The notes under the pieces were generated by a model. The model was given only the letters and a program-made list of their open reading frames with translations, did not search any database and was not told where the DNA came from. From Xylographa opegraphella (Eukaryota), in the NCBI GenBank assembly GCA_022813865.1, contig JALDZX010000018.1:1-64000 (forward strand): a stretch of DNA of 64,000 bases, in the 5' to 3' direction. Shown here piece after piece: positions 1 through 11,085 of the stretch (position 1 is its first letter; each line of letters starts with the position of its first letter). The translations under genes were made by a program, and so were the position numbers.

Positions 1-327
1 TGCTTCCCGTTACCACTAGTCCCAACTGGTGGTAGCTTACCTGGTCAAGGTGAGAACCTTAACATTACTGTTGCCCCCGCCCTGATCCAAATACACGTGC
101 CTTTTAATAAAAATTATATTACACTGTATATTTAACGAGAGGTTTTTTCACGTTGAATCATTTTTTAATTAAACTGCTGCGAATTCTCTACGAATTTATT
201 TACAATTGAAACGAAACAATTTGTTTCACGAGCGATCGAAATTCGATTTGAATCCTTTTTGTTTCAATAACGATTTCGCTGCAATAAATTTCAAATTTTA
301 AAGTCGTTTCTTCGTACTCGCAGTTTG

Positions 328-1125
328 ATGGATCGACTCACATCTCATTTTGGAGTTTGCCCGGACTTGATCAAAGATTTGGTACTGGCCAATCGAATCC
401 TTGCCCATCACAACGTTTTAGACACCTTCGGACACATTTCCGCTCGCTGTCATATCAGAAGCAAGGGCATAGACGAAGACTGCTACCTTCAAGCCACATA
501 CCACGCCCCGTCTCTTGTTCATACGCAAGACATAGCTTTATTCAGTGTCCGCACTGGGGAATCTGTGGATCCCGAAGAACAGCGCAAAGGGCCGCTAGAG
601 CGGCATATTCATGCCGGACTGTACAGAGCAAGACCAGACGTTCAAGCTGTTCTTCACTGTCATGCACCAATGCTTGTGACTTATTCGGTACTGGCTAATG
701 CTGGCACCATGTTGCAACCTGTGCTCCATGTCGGAGCTTCTGCCGGACGGCAAATTCCCATCTATGAGATCTCGGATCACTTCGGCCATGATACAGACCT
801 CTTGGTCAAAACTCCTGAGCTTGGGGATGATCTCGCCAAGCTCTTTGGCTCAGCAGTTAGCATGGTATTGATGCGCGGTCATGGGGCTACAATTGCTTCC
901 CAATCGAACGTCAAGGACTTGGTACACAAAGGTATATATGCCGTCATCAACGCTACTATCATGAGGGACGCTACACTTTTGGGTGCTGCAACTGGGTCAA
1001 CAGGTGTACCGAGACCATTATCGAACGGGGAAGTAGAGGCATGTGGGGATTGGGTGAGCGCGGTACATAGAAGCTGGCCCGCTTGGGTGGCGGAATTAGG
1101 TCTAGGCAAAGACGAAAGTCTCTAA
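328..1125 (+). CDS. Class II aldolase/adducin-family metalloenzyme (decarboxylase-like), intronless
   Basis: Motifs ANRIL..VLDTFGHISAR, ERHIHAGLYRARPDVQAVLHCH and VLMRGHG (E/H/H/H metal-site pattern of the family). First ATG at 328. Confidence 0.88.
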   Translation: MDRLTSHFGVCPDLIKDLVLANRILAHHNVLDTFGHISARCHIRSKGIDEDCYLQATYHAPSLVHTQDIALFSVRTGESVDPEEQRKGPLERHIHAGLYRARPDVQAVLHCHAPMLVTYSVLANAGTMLQPVLHVGASAGRQIPIYEISDHFGHDTDLLVKTPELGDDLAKLFGSAVSMVLMRGHGATIASQSNVKDLVHKGIYAVINATIMRDATLLGAATGSTGVPRPLSNGEVEACGDWVSAVHRSWPAWVAELGLGKDESL

Positions 1126-1296
1126 ATAAAGAAACGGACATCTAAAGATAAACTTTTCCATGCTTTGTGGTAAACCGTAATTGACGTTTGTAGAATCCAA
1201 GGAATAATGTGGTAGACGAGATCGAACAACCGATTCGCGCTATTTGCGTCAACTCCAGTTTCTAAGCTCATCGCATATTTTAACGACAACCCCACA

Positions 1297-3100
1297 ATGG
1301 GGAAGGGTAAGCTCTCGATCTACGTTGACCGGCCCAGCTAATAGCAGACAGGCACTGACAAGCTGTACGTGAGTGTTCTTACAGAGCTTTAGCGGATTGC
1401 GTTAACTTGCCCAGATCACTCATTCCGAGTGGGCTTCAGAAGACGCCTACTCTGCCAGCGCTGGATCAGGGACCAGCAAGTCCAAAGTCGCCGGTGCCTC
1501 GTTCAGACGGTTACCGTTCAACTTCTGCGCCGTTTCCCTTCAGCCGTTCTTGCATCCTGTCTGCACCGCAGATGGCACGATCTTCGACCTCACCAATATT
1601 CTACCGTGGTTGAAGAAGCATGGAACGAACCCCGTCACTGGGCTTCCGCTCAAGTCGAGCGAGCTGATCAAGCTTCACTTTGCCAAGAACGATGAAGGCG
1701 AGATGGTCGACCCAGTCACGTTCAAGGTCTTCACGGACAACACACATATCGTCGCTCTGAGGAACACGGGCAATGTCTTCGCCTACGATACGGTGGAGCG
1801 GCTCAACATCAAGGCCAAAATGTGGAAGGACCTGGTCAGTGACGAGGAGTTTTCGAGAAAGGATATCATAACGCTGCAAGACCCACAGAACATCGAGGCG
1901 CGGAATCTAAGTTCATTCAAGTACATCAAGGATGGCTTGAGCACTTTGACGGAAGAGCAAGAGATGGAAAGAAGAGATCCAACCCGAAATCTCAATACCG
2001 GCGCCCTCGGTAGTGCTGCGCGAATTCTCAGGGCCAAGGAAGCCGTTGCAGCCGCTCGCTTGCAACGAGATGCGTCCAATCGGAACCACAATCCCGCTTT
2101 GTTGTCTTCAAAGACGCTTTCCGGCGGTGCTACAAAGGCATCACCTTCCCAGTCTTTACAACCCCCCAAAAGGATCCCATACAACGCTGCGAAACACACG
2201 ACCGGAAAGGCTGCGGCCTCTTTCACCTCGACTGGCTTGACACCCCACACCTCCTCGGAGCGAGCCCTTCTCACGGATGAAGAGTACATGCTCAAACCTC
2301 GGCGCGTGAAATCCAAAGGGTATGCCCGTATCGCAACTTCACTTGGCGAACTCAATGTCGAGCTCGCACCCGAGTTCGCCCCCCGCGCGGTCTGGAATTT
2401 CGTCCAGTTGTCTAAGAATGGGTACTACAATGGGGTGGTGTTCCACCGCAACATACGGAATTTCATGATTCAAGGAGGGGACCCCACCGTGACCGGTAAA
2501 GGCGGGCAGAGCATCTGGGGCAAGAACTTCCAGGACGAATTCGAAGGCCCGGCTACGCACGACGCGAGAGGGGTGGTCAGCATGGCCAACAAGGGCAAGA
2601 ATACGAACAGCTCGCAGTTTTTTATCACGTACCGACCGGCCAAGCACCTTGACCGGAAGCATACGATCTTTGGAAAGGTGGTCGGGGGGCTGGACACCCT
2701 GACTCGGCTGGAGAACGCGGAGGTCAGCGAAAGCGACAAGAGACCGCTGGAGGCCATCGAAATTAAGGACATCACGGTGTTTGTGGATCCGTTCGAGGAG
2801 TTTCAAAAGAAGAAAAGGGAAAGGGACGAGGCGGAGAAGGAACAGGAGGAGATTAAGAGAAATGGAGGGACGGAAGACGATAAAACGACGTGGACTGGGA
2901 AGCGAATCCGCGGGAATGGAGCGGCGGATGTGGGTTCAGGGGAAGAACGGGTCGGTCACTACCTGAGGGCAAAAGCCTCGGCCATAAGTCCACCCGAAAC
3001 AGAAGACGAGATGGTTGGGGAGTGGGAACACGGAATTGCAGAGGAGCCGGCGAAGAAGAAAATCAAGGCCCGAGGCTTTGGCAGCTTTGATAATTGGTAG
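1297..3100 (+). CDS. PPIL2: Peptidyl-prolyl cis-trans isomerase-like 2 (U-box/RING-like plus cyclophilin, Cyp60/cyp8)
   Basis: Exons 1297-1306, 1352-1368 and 1415-3100 (GT-AG introns of 45 and 46 nt) give MGKGTDKLYITHSEW. Contains GTNPVTG, FHRNIRNFMIQGGDPT, SMANKGKNTNSSQFF and HLDRKHTIFG. Confidence 0.95.
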
Positions 3101-3466
3101 ATCACGAAATTGCAGCTCCCAAAAACGGGTATCCTACCTTGGTCTAAGGAGTATCACATTTCCCATGATTTTAAATTCTTAACCATGAGATTCACCGTAA
3201 ACTCATCAGTCAATTGATCATCTGACTTCCAAAAATGTCCCGAATATTCCAGACCAACAGCTCCCCCGCGGATACTAGGCGCTGCTGTTACATAACTCCA
3301 CAAGTATCGCAACGAGATCATTCTGCCGATGATCGGATACAAGCTTCCCACCCAATCTCTACTCGCGTCCCAAGGCGAGACAAAAAAGTATTCCAAGAAC
3401 GCTGGGTACGAAACACACGAAACCCGGGAAAAGCAGTGTTAGTAACCGCCATAGAATGGTGGAACA

Positions 3467-5145
3467 TCAAATTACACCGCCAGGGAGCTGTATCGAGCTC
3501 TGGTTCACTTTGCCGCTGCCGAGGCCCCCTCCGCCATCGAAACCCATGCCTCCTATGCTCCCAACGCCACTCGGTCCGGAATGCCCTTCCATCGGTGCTG
3601 CGTGCCGCCTTAACATGAACATAGGCTTTCGGCCCTCCTTATCAAGCTGCTTGAAGAGAATCAGTGGCTTTTCTTCCAACCCCAAACATCGTTCCTGATC
3701 TCCAAACACTATGTAAAGAGCATATTGTCGCCAATCAGCATTGATATTGTATTTCTTCAGAGCAGCCGGGAGAACCTTCCAACACGGATCTTCCATGCTT
3801 ACTCGGAACGACTTAAAGATCTCTACGGATGGAGCTTCACGACCAGCAGAGGACGGCGAGTCGTCTTGGTCACGTGTATTGCCACGTGCGCGGCCGGGAT
3901 TGGGGGTTGGATTACTGCGTTCGTACCCACGATCGCCTATCAGAGTGGAAGTCGTTGAGCTATAAGACACGTGAGGGAGCTCTTCACCGTACAAATAGTT
4001 TGTCCGGCCAGTACTCGGAGCACTGGCCTCACGGGTGCCGTCACGAGAGTAACCCCGAGAAGCGATTGTGGGTTGGTTGTGGTATGTGTTTGGTGAGGTA
4101 GGGGAGGGCATGTTGGCTTGGCTTGGTGAATTGGAAGGTTGAGAGCCACCGTTCATGGAGGCTGTCAGGTGGGAAGAAGCGGCGACAGCGGCGGCCGATG
4201 GGTCGAGGTTTGAAGAATCGGACGTGGCCTTTCCTTCAGGGATCGCCTGGTTGACGTGGGTGGGAGAGTTGTTCTTTGGTGTAGAATTGAGCCAGAGTCC
4301 TTTCTTGGAAAACTTCCGCGCAAGGCTGCTTTGCTTCTCGGGCGGAGGTTGAGCGGAAACGGGAGATGCCAGTCCATCATGGCTGTGGAAATCAGGGCTC
4401 GCAGCGGATGGTTGGTAGGGTAGAGGTTGTGATCGTTCCTTTGCCATACGGAAGATGGGGAGGAGATCATCCCGAAGCTTGCGATACTCTTCTGTCACCC
4501 TCCGAAGCTCGGCTTCAGCTTGAAGTATTCTGTCGTCCCGAAGTCTGATAGATTGGATGATCCTTGATATGTCTTCTTGCGTTGCTGTCTTGTCGTGGAC
4601 ACTGGCGTCGGCGGCTAAAATTGGATTAGCTTGTACCTTGATTGTGTAAGGTCTGCATACATAATGGTATATAATGATCAGGCTCGACCGGTATATCCTG
4701 CCTGACCTTCACGTCGTATATCGATTTCAAGATTGTGAGTCGATGTCCCATACTTGCAACCCCCATCTCCTTCAGCTCATCATGCCGCAACGCCACAAGA
4801 GCCTCGCCGACGATTTCATTCTCTGTTTGTCAAGCCGGTGAGCATACATCGCGGCAAGAAGTCGAAGTTTGACGCACCTAGAAACTTATCGCAATACTGT
4901 CCAAGCCCTAAGCTTGCGACGAAGTTTGCACATTCCTCCGCAGTCCATTCCGAGAGAATGGTTCTCGGAGAAAGTCTATCCCCATCGGGATGGTCGAAGG
5001 TGGTGGGAGTGTGTTCTGTCGAAGGTGGCTCCGAGTCCGTCGGGGAAGTATCGTCATCCGTAGGCATGAGAGGGGAAGTCATAACACTGCGTTCATACTC
5101 GTCATCGGCGTCCGAGTCTGCGTGATAGGCCGTTGGAAATGCCAT
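3467..5145 (-). CDS. STE50: MAPK adaptor Ste50 (SAM plus Ras-association domain)
   Basis: SAM start WTAEECANFVASLGLGQY. C-terminal RA domain EIFKSFRVSMEDPCWKVLPAALKKYNI..KPMFMLR and LPGGVI end. Introns at 4877-4823 and about 4660-4615. Confidence 0.93.
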
Positions 5146-5724
5146 GTCGAAACTTTCTAGTGCATGTCTTGGAAGCACAGCCGTCGAGGTCGAAGATCTC
5201 AGCCTCACCAGGTTCGGCGGCTGCAGGCCGTAAACCTCGCAGGTGGAGAAGTCACAATGCACACGTTGTTCCGCTGTGGTGTCTCCCCACGCTGATAGCG
5301 ATGGCAAATCCAAATCTCGAGGATTAGAACAGTGAGACCTGACCGAGGCCGATGGTGCGGTGCTGGTGCAGCGGCGTGAAGGCTGTTGTAGGTTATGGCG
5401 TGTGGTCGCGGCTCGTCATAAAGCAGGAGTGGAGACAGGAGCAAGATGGCGTTTTCAGCGGATCGGGTACCCCAGAGGCAGAATTCCCGAGTGGTAAGCC
5501 GCGTGCGAGAGGTCTTGCTAGAGTCCAACGGTGTCGTCGAGTATAGTAAGGTATTGTCCGACGAGTGAATTGATCTGCTCTGGTTGGTGGCCGTTGTGGA
5601 TTCGTCGGGCCTCGTACCTCGTACCTTCTGCCTCGCACCTCCTGGCCCTGTGCTAGACTAGCGTAGACTACCCGCCGCTTGGCACGTGTGGGATCCCTGT
5701 CCATACCGTACGGAATTACATCTC

Positions 5725-5751
5725 GTCACATATGTCACGTATGTCACATAT
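5725..5751. repeat. Tandem 9-mer x3 (GTCACRTAT) upstream of STE50
   Basis: gtcacatat gtcacgtat gtcacatat read directly. Confidence 0.85.
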
Positions 5752-5976
5752 CGAGTCGAGAAAGTGGAACAGCCATTCCGATGGGTCTTGATTCCTGCTT
5801 GAGCACAATGTAACGCTGACTGCTCAGGTGCCCTGCTCAGCATAGCCGAAAGAGGATGATCTTTACAGCGGAAATAGCGTGAAGATATCGCATTACCTAC
5901 GACATCCAATGAAGCATACTTACATGACGTGGAACCAACAGTCCAGAAGAACTAAATACGTGGAGTTATCCGCTGA

Positions 5977-6339
5977 TCAGCTAGCCATAGGGACTTGTCT
6001 CGTGATCAAACAGTCTTCCTGATCAGCCCGTCTTTCCACAGCACCACTGTCGGCCACCTTCACGGGCCGCTCAGGCTGCAACGGTGCCCTCCGACTTTCT
6101 TGACGATGGAGCAAAGCTTGCATTCTTGCTGTGAACGGGGCGGGAAACATCTGGGTGAAGTGAGAGAGAAGGATAAGGAAAACAATAACGCGTAGCCACC
6201 ACAGCGCAAGCATGAGCAAGCTGATCATTGCGAGCAGCACGACCAGGCAGACGATGATGGCCGCTTGCTCGGTGATCTTACTGTGTCGGGCGACCGTTCG
6301 AGAGACCTCAAGAAACGCGGCGAGTTGGCCGGTATCCAT
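5977..6339 (-). CDS. Possible small membrane protein (120 aa)
   Basis: ATG-initiated ORF with a long hydrophobic stretch (AAIIVCLVVLLAMISLLMLALWWLRVIVFLILL). No recognised family. Confidence 0.35.
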   Translation of the reverse strand: MDTGQLAAFLEVSRTVARHSKITEQAAIIVCLVVLLAMISLLMLALWWLRVIVFLILLSHFTQMFPAPFTARMQALLHRQESRRAPLQPERPVKVADSGAVERRADQEDCLITRQVPMAS

Positions 6340-6720
6340 GATCAGTCGAGCCTGACCTGGTCAAGATGGTATTAACTGAGCAAGTCGTGCTTATCGATGA
6401 AATGCTTGAAGCAGTTCAAATATGTATTGTTAATGTACATGAAAAGCATCCACAAAACCAAGTCTCTGGCTTCACCTTCATAGTCGGAAGACTGACACGA
6501 ACAGACAGACAGAGTCAGCAAATATCTGCTATGACCCAAAACGCCGTGCTACATGTGGTATCGTCGTCAATAAACCGAAACACATAGCAACGTGAGCCTA
6601 CCACGCTCCCATGACAGGTGTTGCAGCATATGCAACACATCAATAAGCCATGATCTCCACATCTGAATTGACTCCACCTTACTTTTCCTCCGTATTCCCT
6701 AATTTTCCGTAGAACATCGG

Positions 6721-7614
6721 TCAGACAAACCAGAGAAGAGTCATACATATTACCGGTCCATACACCATCCATAGAAAGTCCAGAACCCGAACACCTTGAT
6801 TGCTGATCTCAAAGGGACTCCCACCACCTCCAAAAGCATCTGGATTGTCACTCGCAGTCTGTTCCGGCTTACTCGTGAGCACGACCGCAGTACCATCGTT
6901 GACGACCGTCTTCGTGAAATCCGAGCCTGCCTGAGTAATCGAGGAGCCTGAGCTCACACTTTGCATGGTAGTGGTTGACGGAGATGGCGACGTCGAAATA
7001 TTGGCGGAGGAGCTTTGAGGTGTATGCGTAGGTGAGCCAGATAATGAGGTGGTCTTCATTATAGTCGAGATCGTTGAAGATCCGGGGGTATTGAGAAGTG
7101 CGGATGTGGTGGAAGTCGTGGGATTTGGTCTTTCAGAAGTCGAAGCTGTGGTCGTTACGGGACTGCTGGAGCTGAACGTAATGACTGCAGTTTCCGACAT
7201 CATGCTTGTCGCTATGGTCATAGAATTCCCTCCACCTTGTCCACCTGCGCTGCTTTGTGGCGTAGAACCAGAGACCACGTTTGGGCAGAGAGCGCTCACG
7301 CCATTGCCATGGAAGAATAATCCAATCAGTGTAGATGGATCGGCTTCAGTTCCTTGACATGCTGAGTTCAAGAGCGCTGATATGACCTCGAGGCCGCTGA
7401 TGCAGCTGATCGAGCAAGGGTTATTGGAGGTGAAATCTGAGGTTGTACAGCCTGGAATATCGGTGTTGTAGGCTGCAGTACAGGTCGCTGAGAAGCCATA
7501 GATCTGCTGAAAGCTCGAGAGCGATATGGACGACGCAGACGAGGCTTGAGAAAGGATGGGTGAGGACGAGAGGACAAGGAGTGACCCGAATGCGAATTTC
7601 CGACGCAGGCGCAT
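6721..7614 (-). CDS. Secreted Ser/Thr-rich, probably GPI-anchored cell-surface protein with an N-terminal Cys-rich domain
   Basis: Signal-like MRLRRKFAFGSLLVLSSS, six Cys in the N-domain, S/T-rich stalk, GGGSPF motif and hydrophobic C-terminus. Confidence 0.8.
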   Translation of the reverse strand: MRLRRKFAFGSLLVLSSSPILSQASSASSISLSSFQQIYGFSATCTAAYNTDIPGCTTSDFTSNNPCSISCISGLEVISALLNSACQGTEADPSTLIGLFFHGNGVSALCPNVVSGSTPQSSAGGQGGGNSMTIATSMMSETAVITFSSSSPVTTTASTSERPNPTTSTTSALLNTPGSSTISTIMKTTSLSGSPTHTPQSSSANISTSPSPSTTTMQSVSSGSSITQAGSDFTKTVVNDGTAVVLTSKPEQTASDNPDAFGGGGSPFEISNQGVRVLDFLWMVYGPVICMTLLWFV

Positions 7615-9041
7615 CTGGCCGGCGATGATGGAGTATGGTGGTGAGAACAGGTACCAAGGACGCTGACGTTGGGTTTCGCACCCTCCAAACAAGGCAGCTC
7701 CAACAGCTCGAGGCTTGCGCGAATGCCCGAAAGGAGGCAAGGGCAGTCAATGCGGTGGCAGCCTTTCGAGATGGTCTGAAGCGTCGGTTGTCTGAGAATT
7801 GAAAGTCCGAGGAATGTTCACAGAACGAATTGCTGCCAGCGCAAACGATGAATTATGATTAGGACATCAGCTTGGAACAAAAGTCACGCGCGAAAGGCAC
7901 GAGATTTTGACAATTGCTTCCCAAACGGAGTGATGCGAATGCTATGGTTCATAAAGAAGCTGGACGAAGGAGGGTTACGGGGCGGCGATTGCATGTTTCA
8001 AGATTAGGACCGGACGGCCCGCTTGATGAAGACCAACCGCTTTAGGCTGGTTTCGAAACTAGGGCACTTGAAATCGCCTGCAGTTTGCCACCAGGACTGA
8101 CGAAGATATCTTGCCTCGTCCACTTTTGGAAGCACCGTATTGGATAGAGCAGCATGCACAGATTCTCAAAGAGTCCTTCATCGTCTACTCACCTCCTTAG
8201 GCGGGCAGGGTTTTCGGCCACCCACATAAGCGTGTAGGATGTATCAGCCAACACAAAGATAACCCCCTTTCGCGTTGCTTCAATAATGCATCAAGTCTGC
8301 AGAGTGCTTCCCGATAATGCTATAAAGGGCCTTTGGTGACGGCCAATCATGAACGCTGATTCATTCAGATCCAAGACCCGTGAAACAATGCTCCATCTTT
8401 GGAGTACCAGACTCGTGGTTCCTATTGGTCCTCCACGCTTGCCCTGGCGGCGCTAACCGAGTTGCCGGGTACCTCCCCTATATCAGTAATAAGATACCTC
8501 CCGTACTTCGTAATCTGAAAGCAGCATATGTGTGGATGGGGAACATGGAGCAAGACGGCAGACTGGAGGGATGTTTTCCGACATGTGCTCTCCCGCAACA
8601 CGAATGAGTTGTGGCACGTGGTCGTGAGCGCGCCAGCCCAGCCTGTTACCGGCATGCCGATACAGCTACTCCGTATAGGTCGAACCCTCTACCAGTATTT
8701 ATATCTCCCACAAATAATTCCCTTACTATCTTCGTCAAGGTAAATCGCCTTCGCGCAGCTCCGCACACGCAAGACGCATCAGCCACAGCTGGCTGGCGGC
8801 CAATCACGCATCCTTGCCCCGGCTCAGCCTCACTGGTCGCAGCCCCCGACCGAGCTGACATGCGCATGTGTGGTGCATGGTGGGGGGGGCTCGGGTAGCG
8901 GGGTTTGGCCCTTCATAAGCTGCATCCTTCGTTCGTGGTCTTCAGCTGCACATCGCTCCGTCTCCTCCTCCTCGAATACTCTTCTGTCGGTCGTCTCAGT
9001 CCTCCTTCTCGACATTCCTGCTGTTTCAGTCGCTTCCGATC

Positions 9042-9794
9042 ATGTCGGACCCCTACAATCAGTACAACTCTCCTCCTCCCACCGGCCAAGGCTACCCACC
9101 ACCAGGCCAGCAGTACGGTCAGCAGCATCCGGGATATGAACAGCAAGGACAAGGCTATCCCCATCAAAGCTATCCGCCCCAGCAGTCTCCCTATGATGCA
9201 TCACAATCCACTGGGTACGGTACCCCTCAGGGTTCAGATCCCTACGGACCACCTCAGACCGGCGGCTTCCAGCATGGCCAGCAGGGTGGACAGTACGGAG
9301 CGTACGACGCTAGCAACCCTCAGGGTCACCAAGGGTACTAGTATGTAGACTGCTGAAAAAATCGCCGTTCATATACTAACACGTTGTCAAGTGGCCAACC
9401 TGGCGAGGGTGCGCGTGGGTATTCCGATCCGTCAGCTCAACAGGGTGGGCAGCATGGAGCCTATGGCCAGCAACAATATCCATATGATCCGAACAACCCA
9501 CAGCACGGGCAAGGTTACCAAGACCCCAACGCACCACCGGCAGACCCGAATGCTCCCTTCGATCCGAATGCGCCTGAAGGCGAACGCGGCTTGGGAACGG
9601 CGCTTGCCGGTGGTGCGGCGGGCTACTTCATGGGCCACAAGGCAGGTCATGGGATACTCGGCGCTCTCGGTGGAGCCATTGCCGGCAATTTTCTGGGTGA
9701 CAAGTTCAAGGAGCACCGCGAAGAGAACCATGGCGGCCACCACGGCCAGCAAGGAAGCCAAGGAGGCGGGAGTAGCTGGGGCGGGAAGTGGTAG
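9042..9794 (+). CDS. Gly/Gln/Pro/Tyr-rich protein with a glycine-zipper segment
   Basis: Two ORFs joined in frame by intron 9341-9391 (GTATGT..CTAAC..AAG). EGERGLGTALAGGAAGYFMGHKAGHGILGALGGAIAG is a typical fungal glycine zipper. Confidence 0.85.
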
Positions 9795-11085
9795 ACGAGG
9801 GACGAGCTGAGGCGTTTTTCTGAAGCTGCAAACTGTCGATTACACGCTTTTGCATGGCTCTGCTAGGGTTCTCGGGCGTGGAAGCTGCATCCCTTCTCAC
9901 GGTATGCATTGGTTAGACTTTGATACGGCCTTGGAGTACTCTGTACTTGACAATCACGATCCTCACCATTTGACCTCACCATTTAACCCTCGATCTACCT
10001 GTTCTTCTGGTACATCGCCGCTCGTATCATGAGTCCGTTTCTCCGAGCATTTGCATTCTGACCCCTATGATTCATGGTTCCACGACTCAGAAGAACGACT
10101 GCTCCGTTCAGGTTGACTGTGCCTCTTCTCTACAGTATTATCGATGTATCACACATAAAATGAGTCTTAGAGGAATTGTCAAGTGGCAAGTGCTTGCACC
10201 CGCTCTTCATAACCTCGAGATATCTGCAAGTCGTTGCACTGGTGGCATTGCTCAGGAGTTGGAGCTCCGATCCATCTTCCAAATAAAGCACAGAAATCCA
10301 CGAACCGTGAAAGAGTCCCTTGTGATTTCGCAGCCTGGCAAAAAGCAACTATGCGTTCATCGGATGAAAATACCAGCCGTCCTTTAGCTTGCGTGTATTG
10401 CTTGTCCATATTTCCCTTCTTATTTCCACAACTGACATGACAGCACAGAAAACTCTGGTAGTCTTGATGTGAATTAGGCTGTTCAAACCTGGGAGCTCTT
10501 TGAGCACTTGTTCTAGTTTATTTAGGATGCATAACCTTGTAGATGATATTTCTGAATTTGCAGAACCTCGAGTTGGGTTGCAGAATACATGATATTATGG
10601 CGGCGCAGATTTAACGACACGAAGACGACATTCAAATGACTCTGCAGAAAAGGTAATTTGTGATGGTCAATAGGTTACGGATCTATCAAATGTCAAGCAT
10701 AAAAAATATAGGTAGACTTCAGTCCGCTGAAACTATAGTTGAGGCGTTCGGTATACCATAATGGGCAAACCGGATCCGTTGATAAAAGAATGTAGATTAT
10801 CTATTCGAGTTTCCCAGCATGTCGCTCTACGAGTCTGTTTTTGCTCGGTGCAATACATCTAGAGATAGAAAGATTCACTGCTTTGCTCGTGTGCCAAAAT
10901 AAAAAAAGGGTACAGTGCCCAAGATCAGGCTCCCTACAAAGTATGTGACAACCTACTTTGTGGAATTACCATGCTAGAGTATTTGTGCCAACGCACAGGT
11001 ACGCCATCACAGGCAATCTTTCATGGTAGATGTTTGTAGCCGGTTCCACATGAACGTCAGACCCTCAAAGCATGATGTATCGCTT

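Noticed and set aside
10067..10440. Several 68-106 aa ORFs on both strands
   Set aside because: None extends or splices into a credible gene, and none has family features.
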